Of a stretch of DNA of 64,000 nucleotides, positions 29,972 through 40,545 are shown piece by piece (the first letter of the stretch is position 1; every line of letters begins with the position of its first letter). The position numbers were made by a program, and so were the translations under genes. The stretch spans positions 291,089 to 355,088 of the forward strand of contig CBFHJH010000001.1 in NCBI GenBank assembly GCA_965656185.1, given 5' to 3'. The notes beneath the pieces are model-generated. The model was not told the origin of the DNA. It did no database searches and worked only from the letters and a program-made list of their open reading frames with translations. Source of the DNA: Croceimicrobium sp. (lineage in GTDB: Bacteria; Bacteroidota; Bacteroidia; Flavobacteriales; Schleiferiaceae).

Positions 29972-30721
29972 ATGAAATTATTAGAGGGTAAAACAGCTCT
30001 GATTACCGGAGCTTCTAAAGGTATAGGAAAGGGAATTGCAGAGGTTTTTGTAGCCCATGGATGCAATGTGGCTTTTACCTACCTGTCTTCCGTAGAACAA
30101 GCAGAAGCGGTAGAAAAGGAATTATCGGCTGCCGGTGGTGTGAAGGTTAAAGGCTATCGCTCTGACGCATCCGATTTTCAAGCTGCTCAAGATTTAGTAG
30201 AGGCGGTTTTAGCCGATTTCGGAACCATTGACTCGGTGGTTAATAACGCGGGCATTACGCGTGATACCCTTTTGATGCGCATGTCTGAGGAAGACTTTGA
30301 TAAGGTGATGCAGATTAACTTGAAATCGATCTTTAACCTTACCAAGGCTGTGCAACGTACAATGTTAAAGGCCCGCAGTGGCTCAATCATTAACATGAGT
30401 TCAGTGGTGGGAATCAAAGGAAACGCAGGTCAGGCGAATTACGCGGCCTCTAAAGCCGGAATCATTGGCTTTACCAAGTCTGTCGCTTTAGAATTGGGAT
30501 CGCGTAATATTCGTTGTAATGCGATCGCGCCTGGTTTCATTGAAACAGAGATGACTGATAAGCTTGATGAGAAAACGGTTCAAGGCTGGCGAGATGCAAT
30601 ACCCTTAAAACGCGGAGGAAGACCAGAGGATGTGGCCAATGCTTGCTTATTCTTGGCATCTGACCTATCTGCATATGTCACTGGGCAAACCTTACAGGTA
30701 GACGGTGGCATGCTCACCTAA
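29972..30721 (+). CDS. fabG: 3-oxoacyl-ACP reductase
   Basis: TGASKGIG, NNAGITRD, NYAASK, NAIAPGFI, VDGG. Confidence 0.93.
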   Translation: MKLLEGKTALITGASKGIGKGIAEVFVAHGCNVAFTYLSSVEQAEAVEKELSAAGGVKVKGYRSDASDFQAAQDLVEAVLADFGTIDSVVNNAGITRDTLLMRMSEEDFDKVMQINLKSIFNLTKAVQRTMLKARSGSIINMSSVVGIKGNAGQANYAASKAGIIGFTKSVALELGSRNIRCNAIAPGFIETEMTDKLDEKTVQGWRDAIPLKRGGRPEDVANACLFLASDLSAYVTGQTLQVDGGMLT

Positions 30722-30726
30722 GTTGG

Positions 30727-32748
30727 ATGAGCGAACTGAGCTTTATCCATAGTCCACTTTGGTTCATTCCGGCAGTTTTACTTGCTGGACTCATGGTGTA
30801 TGGGCTTTACTTTCGGAAAACGATTTATTCAAAAAAACAGCGCATCGCTTTAGCGGCCTTGCGCTTTCTTAGTTTACTGCTCCTCACTTTATTGCTGTTG
30901 CGGCCAATAATTTGGCAGGAAGAAGAACTTTTAAGTAAGCCAAATCTAGTTTGGTTAGAAGATGGTTCCACTTCTGTTCAGAAGTCTGATAGCCTGGCCC
31001 ATCGTACTTACCTTAGTAAGAAACAGGAGCTACAAAAAGCTCTGGAGGATAAATTTAAGATCAAGAATTACCATTTTAGTGATAAGCTCTATGATGATTC
31101 GGTAGAGCAGCGGTCTATTACAAATATTGAGCGCAGCATTAATGAGGTGGAGCAGCTTTACTATGGTCAAGATTTGGCTGCAGTGGTGCTTAGTACCGAT
31201 GGAATTTCCAATCGCGGTAGACGGGTAAACGAAATCAACCCAAGGGCCGATTTTCCTTTATTTGTTTTGGCTCAGGGCGAATCCAATGCCATTGGTCAAT
31301 TGCAAATAAGCGGAATACGCGTTAATGAAGAGGTGCTTTTGGGTAGGGTTTTTCAAGTGGAGTTCGACCTAAAGGCCATTAATTTAAAAGATGCCGACCT
31401 GAGTCTAATATTGAGGGACTCTCAAGGTAAGGAGCTTGAGCGGCGTAATTATAAGCCGAGTAATAGTCGCTGGTACAATACAGGTCTATTTGAATTAAAT
31501 GCCGCTGAAATTGGCCGCAAGGTCTATCAGCTGCAGCTTAAAGATGCCCAGGACAGTCTGGTAGACAGTCGTAGTTTTAGCGTTTCGATCAAGCAGAACC
31601 AGATTCTCTGCGCCTTTTATGTTCAGGAAAGCCACCCCGATATCGCTGCCCTTGCTCGGGCCCTGAGTCGTGATCCTCTCAATAAAATAGAGTACTATAA
31701 AAGTATCGCTGAACTGGAAGCAGCCAAGCCAGACCTTATCTTTGGTAGCCAGCCCAAAGCTGAACTTATGGATTGGCTTGAAAAACAATCCAAGCCGGCT
31801 TTTTTAATGATTGGCCCTAATCGGGAATCAAATTACCTGAAAACTATTTTTGGTCGCAGCACGGCAGAGCTCGAAAAGCAATACGCTCGGTTAAATCCTA
31901 ATTTTGGTTTTTTCTCCTTGGGGCCAGAGCAGGAGAGCCTCTTAAAGGATTATCCACCGTTAGATGGTATCTATGGACCACGGAAACTTTCTTCCCAAGC
32001 CGAAATACTCTTTTACAAATCACTTGAGGGTATCGAAACTAATGAAGCCCTCGCATTTTTAGAAGAGCTGCCTAACGGTCAGCGCAGGGTAAATTTCTTA
32101 GCACGCGGCCTTTGGCGTTGGCGAATCCATAATTATCGAATGGCAGGTAATTTTGAGGCCTTCGACGATATGATTAACTCTTTGGCCCAATACCTTTTAG
32201 CGCAAGAGAAGAAGGAGCCATTGCAGATAAAATGGCCCCGAGAATTGTTTGCCAAGCAAAGAATAAAGGTTCAAGCCCGACTTTACGACAAGACCCATAA
32301 GTTGAACAACAGCAAGGCTTTAGTGTTGAAATTATTTAAGGAATCAAACTTAGTGGGTGAATATCGATTTAGTCCCTATCGTGCTTATTATCAACTAATT
32401 TTAGATGGCCTGGAAGCTGGTCTGTATCAATACGAGGTGGCTACAATTGAAGAGAAGAGCTTGAAGCGCAGTGGTTCGATCTTTGTGCAGAACAATGATC
32501 TGGAGGTCCGTGATCTTCAGGCACGTCATCAAGAACTTATGACTTTAGCCCAAGGTAATGGAGGGGAGTTTTTTCTGAGGGATCAGGTCGATTCTTTACA
32601 GGTTACTTTGCAGCAAATGACTGCCCCCGCGCAAATTAGCTTAGTTCGGAATAAGGACGAAATTCTTAGTAGATGGCCACTCTTCTTTGTAATTTTGGCT
32701 TTACTCGCATTAGAGTGGTTCCTGCGTAAATACTGGGGCCAATACTAA
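30727..32748 (+). CDS. membrane-anchored VWA-like domain protein
   Basis: N- and C-terminal TM segments; WLEDGSTS and LSTDG MIDAS-like motifs. Confidence 0.65.
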   Translation: MSELSFIHSPLWFIPAVLLAGLMVYGLYFRKTIYSKKQRIALAALRFLSLLLLTLLLLRPIIWQEEELLSKPNLVWLEDGSTSVQKSDSLAHRTYLSKKQELQKALEDKFKIKNYHFSDKLYDDSVEQRSITNIERSINEVEQLYYGQDLAAVVLSTDGISNRGRRVNEINPRADFPLFVLAQGESNAIGQLQISGIRVNEEVLLGRVFQVEFDLKAINLKDADLSLILRDSQGKELERRNYKPSNSRWYNTGLFELNAAEIGRKVYQLQLKDAQDSLVDSRSFSVSIKQNQILCAFYVQESHPDIAALARALSRDPLNKIEYYKSIAELEAAKPDLIFGSQPKAELMDWLEKQSKPAFLMIGPNRESNYLKTIFGRSTAELEKQYARLNPNFGFFSLGPEQESLLKDYPPLDGIYGPRKLSSQAEILFYKSLEGIETNEALAFLEELPNGQRRVNFLARGLWRWRIHNYRMAGNFEAFDDMINSLAQYLLAQEKKEPLQIKWPRELFAKQRIKVQARLYDKTHKLNNSKALVLKLFKESNLVGEYRFSPYRAYYQLILDGLEAGLYQYEVATIEEKSLKRSGSIFVQNNDLEVRDLQARHQELMTLAQGNGGEFFLRDQVDSLQVTLQQMTAPAQISLVRNKDEILSRWPLFFVILALLALEWFLRKYWGQY

Positions 32749-32759
32749 AAACAATAAAG

Positions 32760-33575
32760 ATGAATCAAAGAACAACATTCGTAATAGTCATTGCCTTCGT
32801 TAGTTTTCTAGTGGTGGTATTGACTTGGAACTCAATTACTTTTACCATTAATCCAGGTGAAAAGGCGGTAATTTTCCGCAAATTCCAAGGTGGATTGGAC
32901 ACCGATAAGGTTTACGCTCAGGGTTTTCACATTAAATGGCCGTGGGATGATATCTACATCTATGACATTAAGAAGAGGGAAGCGGTAAGTAGTATGGAGG
33001 TGCTTAGTAAGAATGGATTAACCATTAAAGCTGAGCTTTCCTATCGTTTCTTTCCGGAAGATAATTCGATCGGATATTTACATGATCAGATTGGCGAGAA
33101 TTACCATGAAAAGATCGTAATCCCCGAAATTCGCTCCGCTACGCGTGAGGTAATTGGTAAATACTTACCCGAAGAGCTTTATTCTACCAAGCGTGAAGAT
33201 ATTCAGGATGAGATCTTTCAACGTACCGCAAAATCATTGCAGGATAATTATCTGAATTTAGATGCAGTTCTAATCCGCGAGGTGACTCTACCGCAAAAAC
33301 TGAAAGCGGCAATTGAGCGAAAGTTAGAGCAGGAGCAGGCTTCCTTGGAGTATGAATTTAAAATTCAGCAGGCTAAGAAGGAGGCTGAGCGTCAGCGCAT
33401 TGAAGCGGAAGGTAAAGCTCGGGCGAATGATATTATCAATAATTCGCTTACCGATAAGATCTTACGTGAAAAGGGCATCGAAGCAACTTTAAAAATGTCA
33501 GAATCACCTAATTCCAAAGTAATTGTAATTGGTTCTGGTAAAGATGGCCTACCGATAATCTTAGGAAATCAATAA
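32760..33575 (+). CDS. SPFH/prohibitin family membrane protein
   Basis: N-terminal TM; PEIRSATREV, AIERKL...EAERQRIEAEG coiled coil. Confidence 0.88.
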   Translation: MNQRTTFVIVIAFVSFLVVVLTWNSITFTINPGEKAVIFRKFQGGLDTDKVYAQGFHIKWPWDDIYIYDIKKREAVSSMEVLSKNGLTIKAELSYRFFPEDNSIGYLHDQIGENYHEKIVIPEIRSATREVIGKYLPEELYSTKREDIQDEIFQRTAKSLQDNYLNLDAVLIREVTLPQKLKAAIERKLEQEQASLEYEFKIQQAKKEAERQRIEAEGKARANDIINNSLTDKILREKGIEATLKMSESPNSKVIVIGSGKDGLPIILGNQ

Positions 33576-33580
33576 TAAAA

Positions 33581-35044
33581 ATGTCAGACGAAATTAGAGA
33601 TTTAGAGCCCCGCAATGTTTGGGGCTTTTTTGCCGATTTAAACCAGGTACCTAGACCTTCAAAGAAAGAAGAGAAGGTACAAGCTTTTGTAATCAATTTT
33701 GCCAAAGAGCGCAAGCTTGAATGGAAACAGGATGAGGCGGGAAATATATTGGTAGCCAAGCCGGCTTCTCCCGGCATGGAAGATCGTCGCAAAGTGGTCT
33801 TGCAGGCTCATTTGGATATGGTTTGCCAAAAAAATGCCGATACCGATTTCGATTTTGAAACTCAAGGAATCGACATGTATGTGGATGGTGAATGGGTTAA
33901 AGCACGTGGCACTACGCTTGGTGCTGATAACGGAATGGGAGTAGCTAGTATTCTCACCGTGCTAGATTCGGATTCCATAGACCACCCTGCAATTGAAGCC
34001 TTGTTCACCGCCGATGAGGAAGCTGGAATGACCGGTGCGCATAATTTGCAGCCAGGCTTTTTGACGGGAGATATCTTAATGAACCTAGATACCGAAGATG
34101 ACGATGAACTGAGCATAGGTTGTGCGGGTGGAATAGACACCGACATAAGCTGGACTTATCAAGAAGCAGATTGTCCTACAGACGCCAAAGCATTTGAGAT
34201 AAAAGTGAAAGGGCTTTTTGGCGGGCACTCTGGCATGGATATTATCTTTGGGAGAGGCAATGCCAATAAGGTGCTCAACCGCATGATCTACGATGCGGAA
34301 GGAAACTTTGGCTGGTCTATCGCCCATTTTGAAGGGGGCGGACTGCGCAATGCGATTCCGCGTGAAGCGGAAGCTTTAGTAGTTGTTCCTGCCGGGAAGG
34401 CTCAGCAGGCCTTGGCTTATTGGAAGGAACAAGCCCAGGCCTTGGAAGATGAATTTGCCACTACCGATCCGAATATAAAGATCCATATTAGTGAGAGTTC
34501 AATGCCTAGTAAAATGATGGAAATTAAAGATTTCCAGCGCTTTACAGCAGCTCTGCAATGCACGCACGATGGTATCCGCCGTTTAAGCCCAGACGTAGAA
34601 GATCTGGTAGAAACCAGTAATAATGTGGCGCATGTAAGTTTGGCCCAGGGGAGCCTTTCGATCAAGGCTTTGCAAAGGTCAGACCGAGAAAGCGCTAAGT
34701 TCGATATGGCCGATTCAATCGGAGCACCTTGGCGCCTGTTAGGGGCAAAGGTGATGCACAGCGGTTCTTATCCAGGCTGGAAATTGGATCCTAATGCACC
34801 CATGTTGGGAATGATGAAGGACCTTTACCAAGAGCTTTTTAAGGAGGAGCCAAGGGTATTAGCTTGCCACGCCGGACTGGAATGTGGTCTTCTGGGTCAG
34901 CATTACCCTGATTTAGAGATGATTTCATTTGGGCCAACCATAAAGAATCCACATTCACCCGACGAAAAAGTGAATATTGCTTCAGTGGCTAAGTTTTGGT
35001 CTTATTTCTTGGAAGCTTTAAAACGCGTTCCAGCTAAAAAATAG
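33581..35044 (+). CDS. pepD: aminoacyl-histidine dipeptidase (M20C)
   Basis: QAHLDMV, TTLGADNG, DEEAG, GGHSG, HAGLECG. Confidence 0.92.
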   Translation: MSDEIRDLEPRNVWGFFADLNQVPRPSKKEEKVQAFVINFAKERKLEWKQDEAGNILVAKPASPGMEDRRKVVLQAHLDMVCQKNADTDFDFETQGIDMYVDGEWVKARGTTLGADNGMGVASILTVLDSDSIDHPAIEALFTADEEAGMTGAHNLQPGFLTGDILMNLDTEDDDELSIGCAGGIDTDISWTYQEADCPTDAKAFEIKVKGLFGGHSGMDIIFGRGNANKVLNRMIYDAEGNFGWSIAHFEGGGLRNAIPREAEALVVVPAGKAQQALAYWKEQAQALEDEFATTDPNIKIHISESSMPSKMMEIKDFQRFTAALQCTHDGIRRLSPDVEDLVETSNNVAHVSLAQGSLSIKALQRSDRESAKFDMADSIGAPWRLLGAKVMHSGSYPGWKLDPNAPMLGMMKDLYQELFKEEPRVLACHAGLECGLLGQHYPDLEMISFGPTIKNPHSPDEKVNIASVAKFWSYFLEALKRVPAKK

Positions 35045-35084
35045 CTCGTATTTTCGCATCACCTCACCTCAAAAAAACGCGAAA

Positions 35085-35948
35085 TTGACAAGCCGTGAAT
35101 TAAAGATCGTCGAATGCCCTCGCGACGCTATGCAGGGTATCGATGAGTTTATTGTTACTGATAAGAAGATAGCCTACTTGCAAAGTCTTTTGCAGGTAGG
35201 CTTTGACACCCTTGATTTTGGAAGCTTTGTTTCGTCTAAAGCGATTCCGCAAATGCGCGATACAGAAGCTGTCCTTAAGGGTCTGGATTTGAGTAAGTCT
35301 TCTACCAAGTTATTGGCTATCGTCGCTAATTTACGTGGGGCACAAGAGGCCGCTAGTCATCCTGAAATTAGTTATTTAGGTTATCCATTCTCTGTATCCG
35401 AGATTTTTCAGAAAAGGAATACGAACAAAAGTATCGCCGAGAGTAAAGCCTTGGTACGGGAGATGTTGGAAATCTGTTCGGAGCAAGAAAAGGAATTGGT
35501 GGTATACGTGTCTATGGGGTTTGGTAACCCATATCGTGAACCGTGGAGCGCCGAGATCGTGAAAAAATTCGTGGCAGAGCTGGTAGACATGGGGGTAAGA
35601 ATCATCTCACTTTCGGACACCATTGGGACTTCAAACCCGGATAGTATCAAACACTTGTTTTCTCATCTTATTCCCGCTTTTCCACAAGTCGAATTTGGAG
35701 CACATTTACACACTCATGCCGATAACTGGCGCGAAAAGGTAGAGGCAGCCTACCAAACAGGATGTCGCCGATTCGATGGGGCCATTAAGGGTTATGGCGG
35801 CTGTCCAATGGCAGCCGATGATCTAACGGGGAATATGCCAACCGAAAAGCTCTTATCCTATTTCACCGCAAATGAAATACCACATGGCTTGGACCCTCTG
35901 GCCTTTGAAAGTGCATACAATAAGGCGCTGACTACTTTTCCTATTTAG
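35085..35948 (+). CDS. hydroxymethylglutaryl-CoA lyase
   Basis: ECPRDAMQG, SDTIG, HLHTH, GGCP, GNMPTE. Confidence 0.9.
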   Translation: MTSRELKIVECPRDAMQGIDEFIVTDKKIAYLQSLLQVGFDTLDFGSFVSSKAIPQMRDTEAVLKGLDLSKSSTKLLAIVANLRGAQEAASHPEISYLGYPFSVSEIFQKRNTNKSIAESKALVREMLEICSEQEKELVVYVSMGFGNPYREPWSAEIVKKFVAELVDMGVRIISLSDTIGTSNPDSIKHLFSHLIPAFPQVEFGAHLHTHADNWREKVEAAYQTGCRRFDGAIKGYGGCPMAADDLTGNMPTEKLLSYFTANEIPHGLDPLAFESAYNKALTTFPI

Positions 35949-36167
35949 GATTATTCACAAGAAAAAATAAGCTTATTTCTTTTTGGCACATTAAGCCTAC
36001 TTGATAGTTGATTATCAAATGTTAGAGTTGTCGATATTTTGTTAATTTAAACTATAATTTTTTCTTTATCACTCCTGTGATCTATTGCTGTAAAGAGTTT
36101 TAGACTTTAATTTTATTTTGAAAAATCTTATTTTATTGTTTATTTAGGTGCTTTAATCGAAGGAACA

Positions 36168-36308
36168 ATGGGAGATTTAGTAGAATTAGCTTTAGTCGTA
36201 AAAGCATATGTAGAGGAGAATGGCAGAACCCTTTCACTCAGTCAGGGGAAAATGATGCGGGATTCCGAATCTGCTTATGAAGTATACTATAACAAGCAGA
36301 CCGCTTAA
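36168..36308 (+). CDS. candidate 46-aa small ORF (not in the ORF track)
   Basis: ATG GGA GAT ... ACC GCT TAA, MGDLVELALVVKAYVEENGRTLSLSQGKMMRDSESAYEVYYNKQTA; higher GC than flanking AT-rich DNA; A at -3. Confidence 0.35.
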   Translation: MGDLVELALVVKAYVEENGRTLSLSQGKMMRDSESAYEVYYNKQTA

Positions 36309-36331
36309 TTAGTAGCTTTGTAAAAAAAGAA

Positions 36332-36796
36332 TTGTTTCGAAAAATCAACTCAACTCAAGATAGGCCTACCAAACCCGTGATGGTATGGGACGGGCATTGC
36401 GGCTTTTGTGCCTTCTGGATTCAATACTGGCAAAAGCTAAGTAAAGATAGTTTTGACTACATCGCCTACCAGGAGCTTGAGACTAGGTTTCAGGATATCG
36501 ATCGCAGTTATTTTAAAGAAGCAGTACGCTTCATAGAGGAGGACGGTCTTGTGCATAGCGGGCCTGGAGCGGCATACCGCAGTTTGTCTCGTTTAGGAAA
36601 GCTATCATTCTTAGATCGCTGGTACCAAAAGGCTTCCTTTTTTAAGGGATTTAGTGATGGTTTATACCAGTTGATAGCGAATAATCGCTCTACTTTTTTT
36701 CGCATCACAAAGGCGCTATTTGGCTCCAACCCCCACAACCTGAGGCCCTTTTGGGCGATTTACCTCTTTGTTTTGCTTTACTTTTTGTACTTGTAG
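36332..36796 (+). CDS. DCC1-like (DUF393) thiol-disulfide oxidoreductase
   Basis: WDGHCGFC (DxxCxxC) and YQLIANNRS. Confidence 0.85.
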   Translation: MFRKINSTQDRPTKPVMVWDGHCGFCAFWIQYWQKLSKDSFDYIAYQELETRFQDIDRSYFKEAVRFIEEDGLVHSGPGAAYRSLSRLGKLSFLDRWYQKASFFKGFSDGLYQLIANNRSTFFRITKALFGSNPHNLRPFWAIYLFVLLYFLYL

Positions 36797-36851
36797 ATTA
36801 GAGATAGCTTTAGGCAATCAAAAAGGCAGTTAATAATTCTAAATTTGCCCT

Positions 36852-38450
36852 ATGAAAGAAGCGGAGTGTATTGCCTATCGCGAGACGTCTTATTTTAGTC
36901 GTCTAATTATAGATTACCTAGACCAAAAGCCGGAATTAGCACCTTTTGTTAACGACTTTCCTTCCTTAGCCGCTTTCAAACAACAAATCGAGCGAAAATC
37001 TTCCTTTACGATCCATCAGCGGAAGCGATTAAGCACCAGTCTTAAAGCGCAATATGCTAGCGCAGGAATAGAGCTGGATTCAGCTTTGGAACAGCGAATA
37101 AATGCCTTAGAATTACCCGATACCTATACCGTTACCACCGGCCACCAACTCAATATTTTAACCGGACCGCTATTTTTCATTTACAAGATCTTCTCTACCA
37201 TAAACCTAGCGGAGAGACTAGCGCAAGAATATCCGGAGCAAAAGTTTCAGCCCATTTTTTGGATGGCCACTGAAGACCATGACTTTGATGAGATAAGCTT
37301 CATAAACTTATTTGGCGGCAAACTACGTTGGAAGAACGATCTAAAAGGTGCCGTAGGACGGATGCCCACTTTTGGTTTTGGAAAGGTTCTAGACGAGCTA
37401 GAGGAGCATTTAGGACCCGGAAAGCAGGCGGCCGAAATCTTGACGATTTTCCGAAAGGCTTACCATGATCACGATAATTTAGCTCAGGCGACCCGTTATA
37501 TTGCCCATACGCTTTTCGCCGAATATGGCTTGCTTATTCTAGATGGCGATGATGCCGACCTTAAACGCAGTATGATTCCACATTTCAAAAAGGACCTTTT
37601 TGAGGGTGGGATTAATCAATGCCTAAAAGATCAGTCTAAAGCCCTTTCCGATCTGCATTTCGCTCAGATCTTTCCCCGTGATATAAACTTATTCTATTTG
37701 GGCAATGGCTGTAGAGAAAGAATAGAGAAGCGAGAAGGACGCTGGTATGTGCTGAATACGGACTTGGCGTTCGATCAGGCTCAGTTGGAGAATGAATTAG
37801 AGCAACACCCAGAGCGATTTAGTCCTAACGTTGCCTTGAGGCCCTTGTATCAAGAGCACATCCTTCCTAATTTGGCCTATATAGGCGGGGGTGGTGAGAT
37901 CGCTTACTGGCTGCAATTAAAAACGATGTTCGATCACTGTGAGGTGCCTTATCCCTTGCCAATGTTGCGAAACTCGGTCTTGTTTGTAGAGCAAAAATGG
38001 CAGAATCGTTTGGCGGATTTAGAATTAAATGCTTCAGATCTGTTTATAGGCTTGGATGCTTTAAAAAAGGAATATTTAGCCAAGCATTTTCCAGATGACC
38101 TTGAATTGGAACGTTTCGATAAGGCCATTGAGAAGCTATTTGCTGATTTGGAGGATTTAGCTCAAACCACCGATAAGAGTATGCTGGGTGCAGTAAAAGC
38201 TCAACGCCAGAAGCAGTTAAATGGGATGACCAATCTGCGGAAGAAGCTTTTACGAGCTGAGAAACGTAGGCATAAGAACGACATGGAAAAGATCGATCGC
38301 ATTTATTATTCCTTATTCCCCAATGCAGGCCTGCAAGAGCGCCATGATAATCTATCCTATTATTATGCCGCCTTCGGTAGGTCATTTCTTGCTAAACTTA
38401 AGGCTGAGCTCGACCCCTTAGACTTTTGTTTTAGCATTATTAAGGCTTAA
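36852..38450 (+). CDS. bshC: bacillithiol biosynthesis cysteine-adding enzyme
   Basis: VTTGHQL, PIFWMATEDHDFDEI, SPNVALRP, YIGGGGEIAYW, LQER. Confidence 0.92.
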   Translation: MKEAECIAYRETSYFSRLIIDYLDQKPELAPFVNDFPSLAAFKQQIERKSSFTIHQRKRLSTSLKAQYASAGIELDSALEQRINALELPDTYTVTTGHQLNILTGPLFFIYKIFSTINLAERLAQEYPEQKFQPIFWMATEDHDFDEISFINLFGGKLRWKNDLKGAVGRMPTFGFGKVLDELEEHLGPGKQAAEILTIFRKAYHDHDNLAQATRYIAHTLFAEYGLLILDGDDADLKRSMIPHFKKDLFEGGINQCLKDQSKALSDLHFAQIFPRDINLFYLGNGCRERIEKREGRWYVLNTDLAFDQAQLENELEQHPERFSPNVALRPLYQEHILPNLAYIGGGGEIAYWLQLKTMFDHCEVPYPLPMLRNSVLFVEQKWQNRLADLELNASDLFIGLDALKKEYLAKHFPDDLELERFDKAIEKLFADLEDLAQTTDKSMLGAVKAQRQKQLNGMTNLRKKLLRAEKRRHKNDMEKIDRIYYSLFPNAGLQERHDNLSYYYAAFGRSFLAKLKAELDPLDFCFSIIKA

Positions 38451-38479
38451 GAAGTATCTTCGAGCCTTAATCCAATTAT

Positions 38480-40501
38480 ATGAAAAGAATTAACCTTCTT
38501 AGCCTAGGTTTGGCGGTGGCTTTAGGTGCTTGCCAGCCCACTAATAATGAATCAAATACTGAATTAAGTAACGAAATGAAGGAAGAACATTCTGATTTTC
38601 AATGGGAAACTGAGCAGTTTGCCGATCTACGTATTTTACGCTATCAAGTGCCCGGATGGGACAAGTTAAGTTTACAGCAGAAAAAGTTGGCTTACTACCT
38701 CACACAAGCTGGGCTGGAAGGTCGCGATATTTTGTGGGATCAACAGTATCGATACAATCTGGAGATTCGTAAAGCCTTAGAGCATATCATTAAAAATTAC
38801 CAGGGCGAAAAATACGCTAACTGGGATTCTTTTATGGTTTATGCTAAGCGTGTTTTCTTTAGCAATGGCATACATCACCATTACAGTCACGCTAAGTTGA
38901 TGCCAGAATTTGATGAAGCCTACTTCGATCAGTTATTAAGGAGTACCGAGGCTGAGTTGAGTGCCGAGGCCAAGGCCGTGATCTTCAATTCTGAGGATAT
39001 GAAAGGGGTGAGTAAGGATCCTAAAAAAGATTTGCTTCTCAATTCGGCGGTAAACTTTTATGCTCCTGGCATCACAGAAGAAGAAGCGATAGCTTTTTAC
39101 AAAGCGATGGTCGATAGTACCGACCAAACACCAGTAAGCTATGGTCTTAATTCCAAACTGGTTAAGGAAGATGGGGTGCTTAAAGAGCAGGTTTATAAAG
39201 TTGATGGCCTATATGGTCCTGCTATTGCCAAGATCATTTCTTGGTTAGAGAAAGCGCAAGAAGTTGCCGAAAACCCTCAACAAGCCAAGGCTTTAGGCCT
39301 ATTGATCGAGTATTACCAAACTGGAGATCTACGCAAGTGGGATGAATACAATATTGCTTGGGTTCAAGATACGGGAAGTACGGTAGATTATATCAACTCC
39401 TTTATCGAGGTATATCACGACCCTTTGGGCTACAAAGCGACCTACGAGACCGTAGTTCAGGTAAAAGACCTCGACGCCAGCGAAAAGATGGCTGTAATTA
39501 GCGATAATATCCAATTCTTCGAGGATAATAGTCCAATTATGGACGAGCACAAAAAGGAGAAGGTTGTTGGCGTTTCTTACCGTATGATCAATGTAGTTGG
39601 TGAAGCCGGAGCCACCACACCCGCAACACCAATCGGGGTAAACCTACCCAACGCGAACTGGATTCGTGAAACTCATGGCTCAAAATCGATCAGCTTAACT
39701 AATATCGAAGGTGCCTACGAAGAAGCAAAAGGCGCTGGCTTTTTAGAGGAATTTACTTTTACGCAGGAGGAAATCGATCGGGCTAAAAAATATGGTGCAG
39801 TAAGTAGCAAGATGCATACAGCCTTGCATGAGGTAGTGGGTCATGCAAGTGGCAAACGCGAGCCAGGAGTAGGGGTACCCAATGAAACCTTAAAGAACTA
39901 CTCCAGTACTTTGGAGGAGGCTCGGGCAGACTTGGTAGCCTTGTACTTCATCATGGACCAAAAGATGCTTGAGCTAGGTTTAATGGATGATCTGGAGGCT
40001 GGAAAGGCAGAATATGACAATTACATTCGCAACGGTATGATGTTACAATTACGTCGACTGAAACCCGGTGAAGTGATTGAAGAGGATCATATGCGCAATC
40101 GTCAACTTGTAGCTGCATGGGCTTACGAAATGGGAAAAGAAGCCAATGTTATCGAGAAAAAGACTCTGGATGGTAAGACCTACTTTGTGATCAATGACTA
40201 CGAGGCCTTACGAACTATATTTGGTGAGCAATTACGTGAGATACAGCGTATTAAGTCGCAAGGGGATTATGAGGCAGGAATGAACTTAGTTGAAAATTAT
40301 GGAGTTCAAGTAGATGCCGCATTGCACGCGGAAGTATTAGCACGTACCGAAAAGCTAAATATTGCTCCTTACGCTGGTTTTATTCAGCCTGAGATGCGTC
40401 CCGTTTATGAAGGTGAAGAGATTAAGGACATTGAAATCCTTTATCCCGACGACTTCTTAACTCAAATGCTTAAATACGGCGAAGAGTACTCTAATCTATA
40501 A
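38480..40501 (+). CDS. dipeptidyl peptidase III (M49) lipoprotein
   Basis: Lipobox LGAC; HEVVGH (HEXXGH) and EEARAD zinc motifs. Confidence 0.9.
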   Translation: MKRINLLSLGLAVALGACQPTNNESNTELSNEMKEEHSDFQWETEQFADLRILRYQVPGWDKLSLQQKKLAYYLTQAGLEGRDILWDQQYRYNLEIRKALEHIIKNYQGEKYANWDSFMVYAKRVFFSNGIHHHYSHAKLMPEFDEAYFDQLLRSTEAELSAEAKAVIFNSEDMKGVSKDPKKDLLLNSAVNFYAPGITEEEAIAFYKAMVDSTDQTPVSYGLNSKLVKEDGVLKEQVYKVDGLYGPAIAKIISWLEKAQEVAENPQQAKALGLLIEYYQTGDLRKWDEYNIAWVQDTGSTVDYINSFIEVYHDPLGYKATYETVVQVKDLDASEKMAVISDNIQFFEDNSPIMDEHKKEKVVGVSYRMINVVGEAGATTPATPIGVNLPNANWIRETHGSKSISLTNIEGAYEEAKGAGFLEEFTFTQEEIDRAKKYGAVSSKMHTALHEVVGHASGKREPGVGVPNETLKNYSSTLEEARADLVALYFIMDQKMLELGLMDDLEAGKAEYDNYIRNGMMLQLRRLKPGEVIEEDHMRNRQLVAAWAYEMGKEANVIEKKTLDGKTYFVINDYEALRTIFGEQLREIQRIKSQGDYEAGMNLVENYGVQVDAALHAEVLARTEKLNIAPYAGFIQPEMRPVYEGEEIKDIEILYPDDFLTQMLKYGEEYSNL

Positions 40502-40507
40502 TAGCAC

Positions 40508-40540
40508 AAAGGCTTGTCGTTAGGCAAGCCTTTATTTTTT
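40508..40540 (+). terminator. intrinsic terminator
   Basis: AAAGGCTTG-loop-CAAGCCTTT followed by T-run. Confidence 0.75.
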
Positions 40541-40545
40541 ACATC

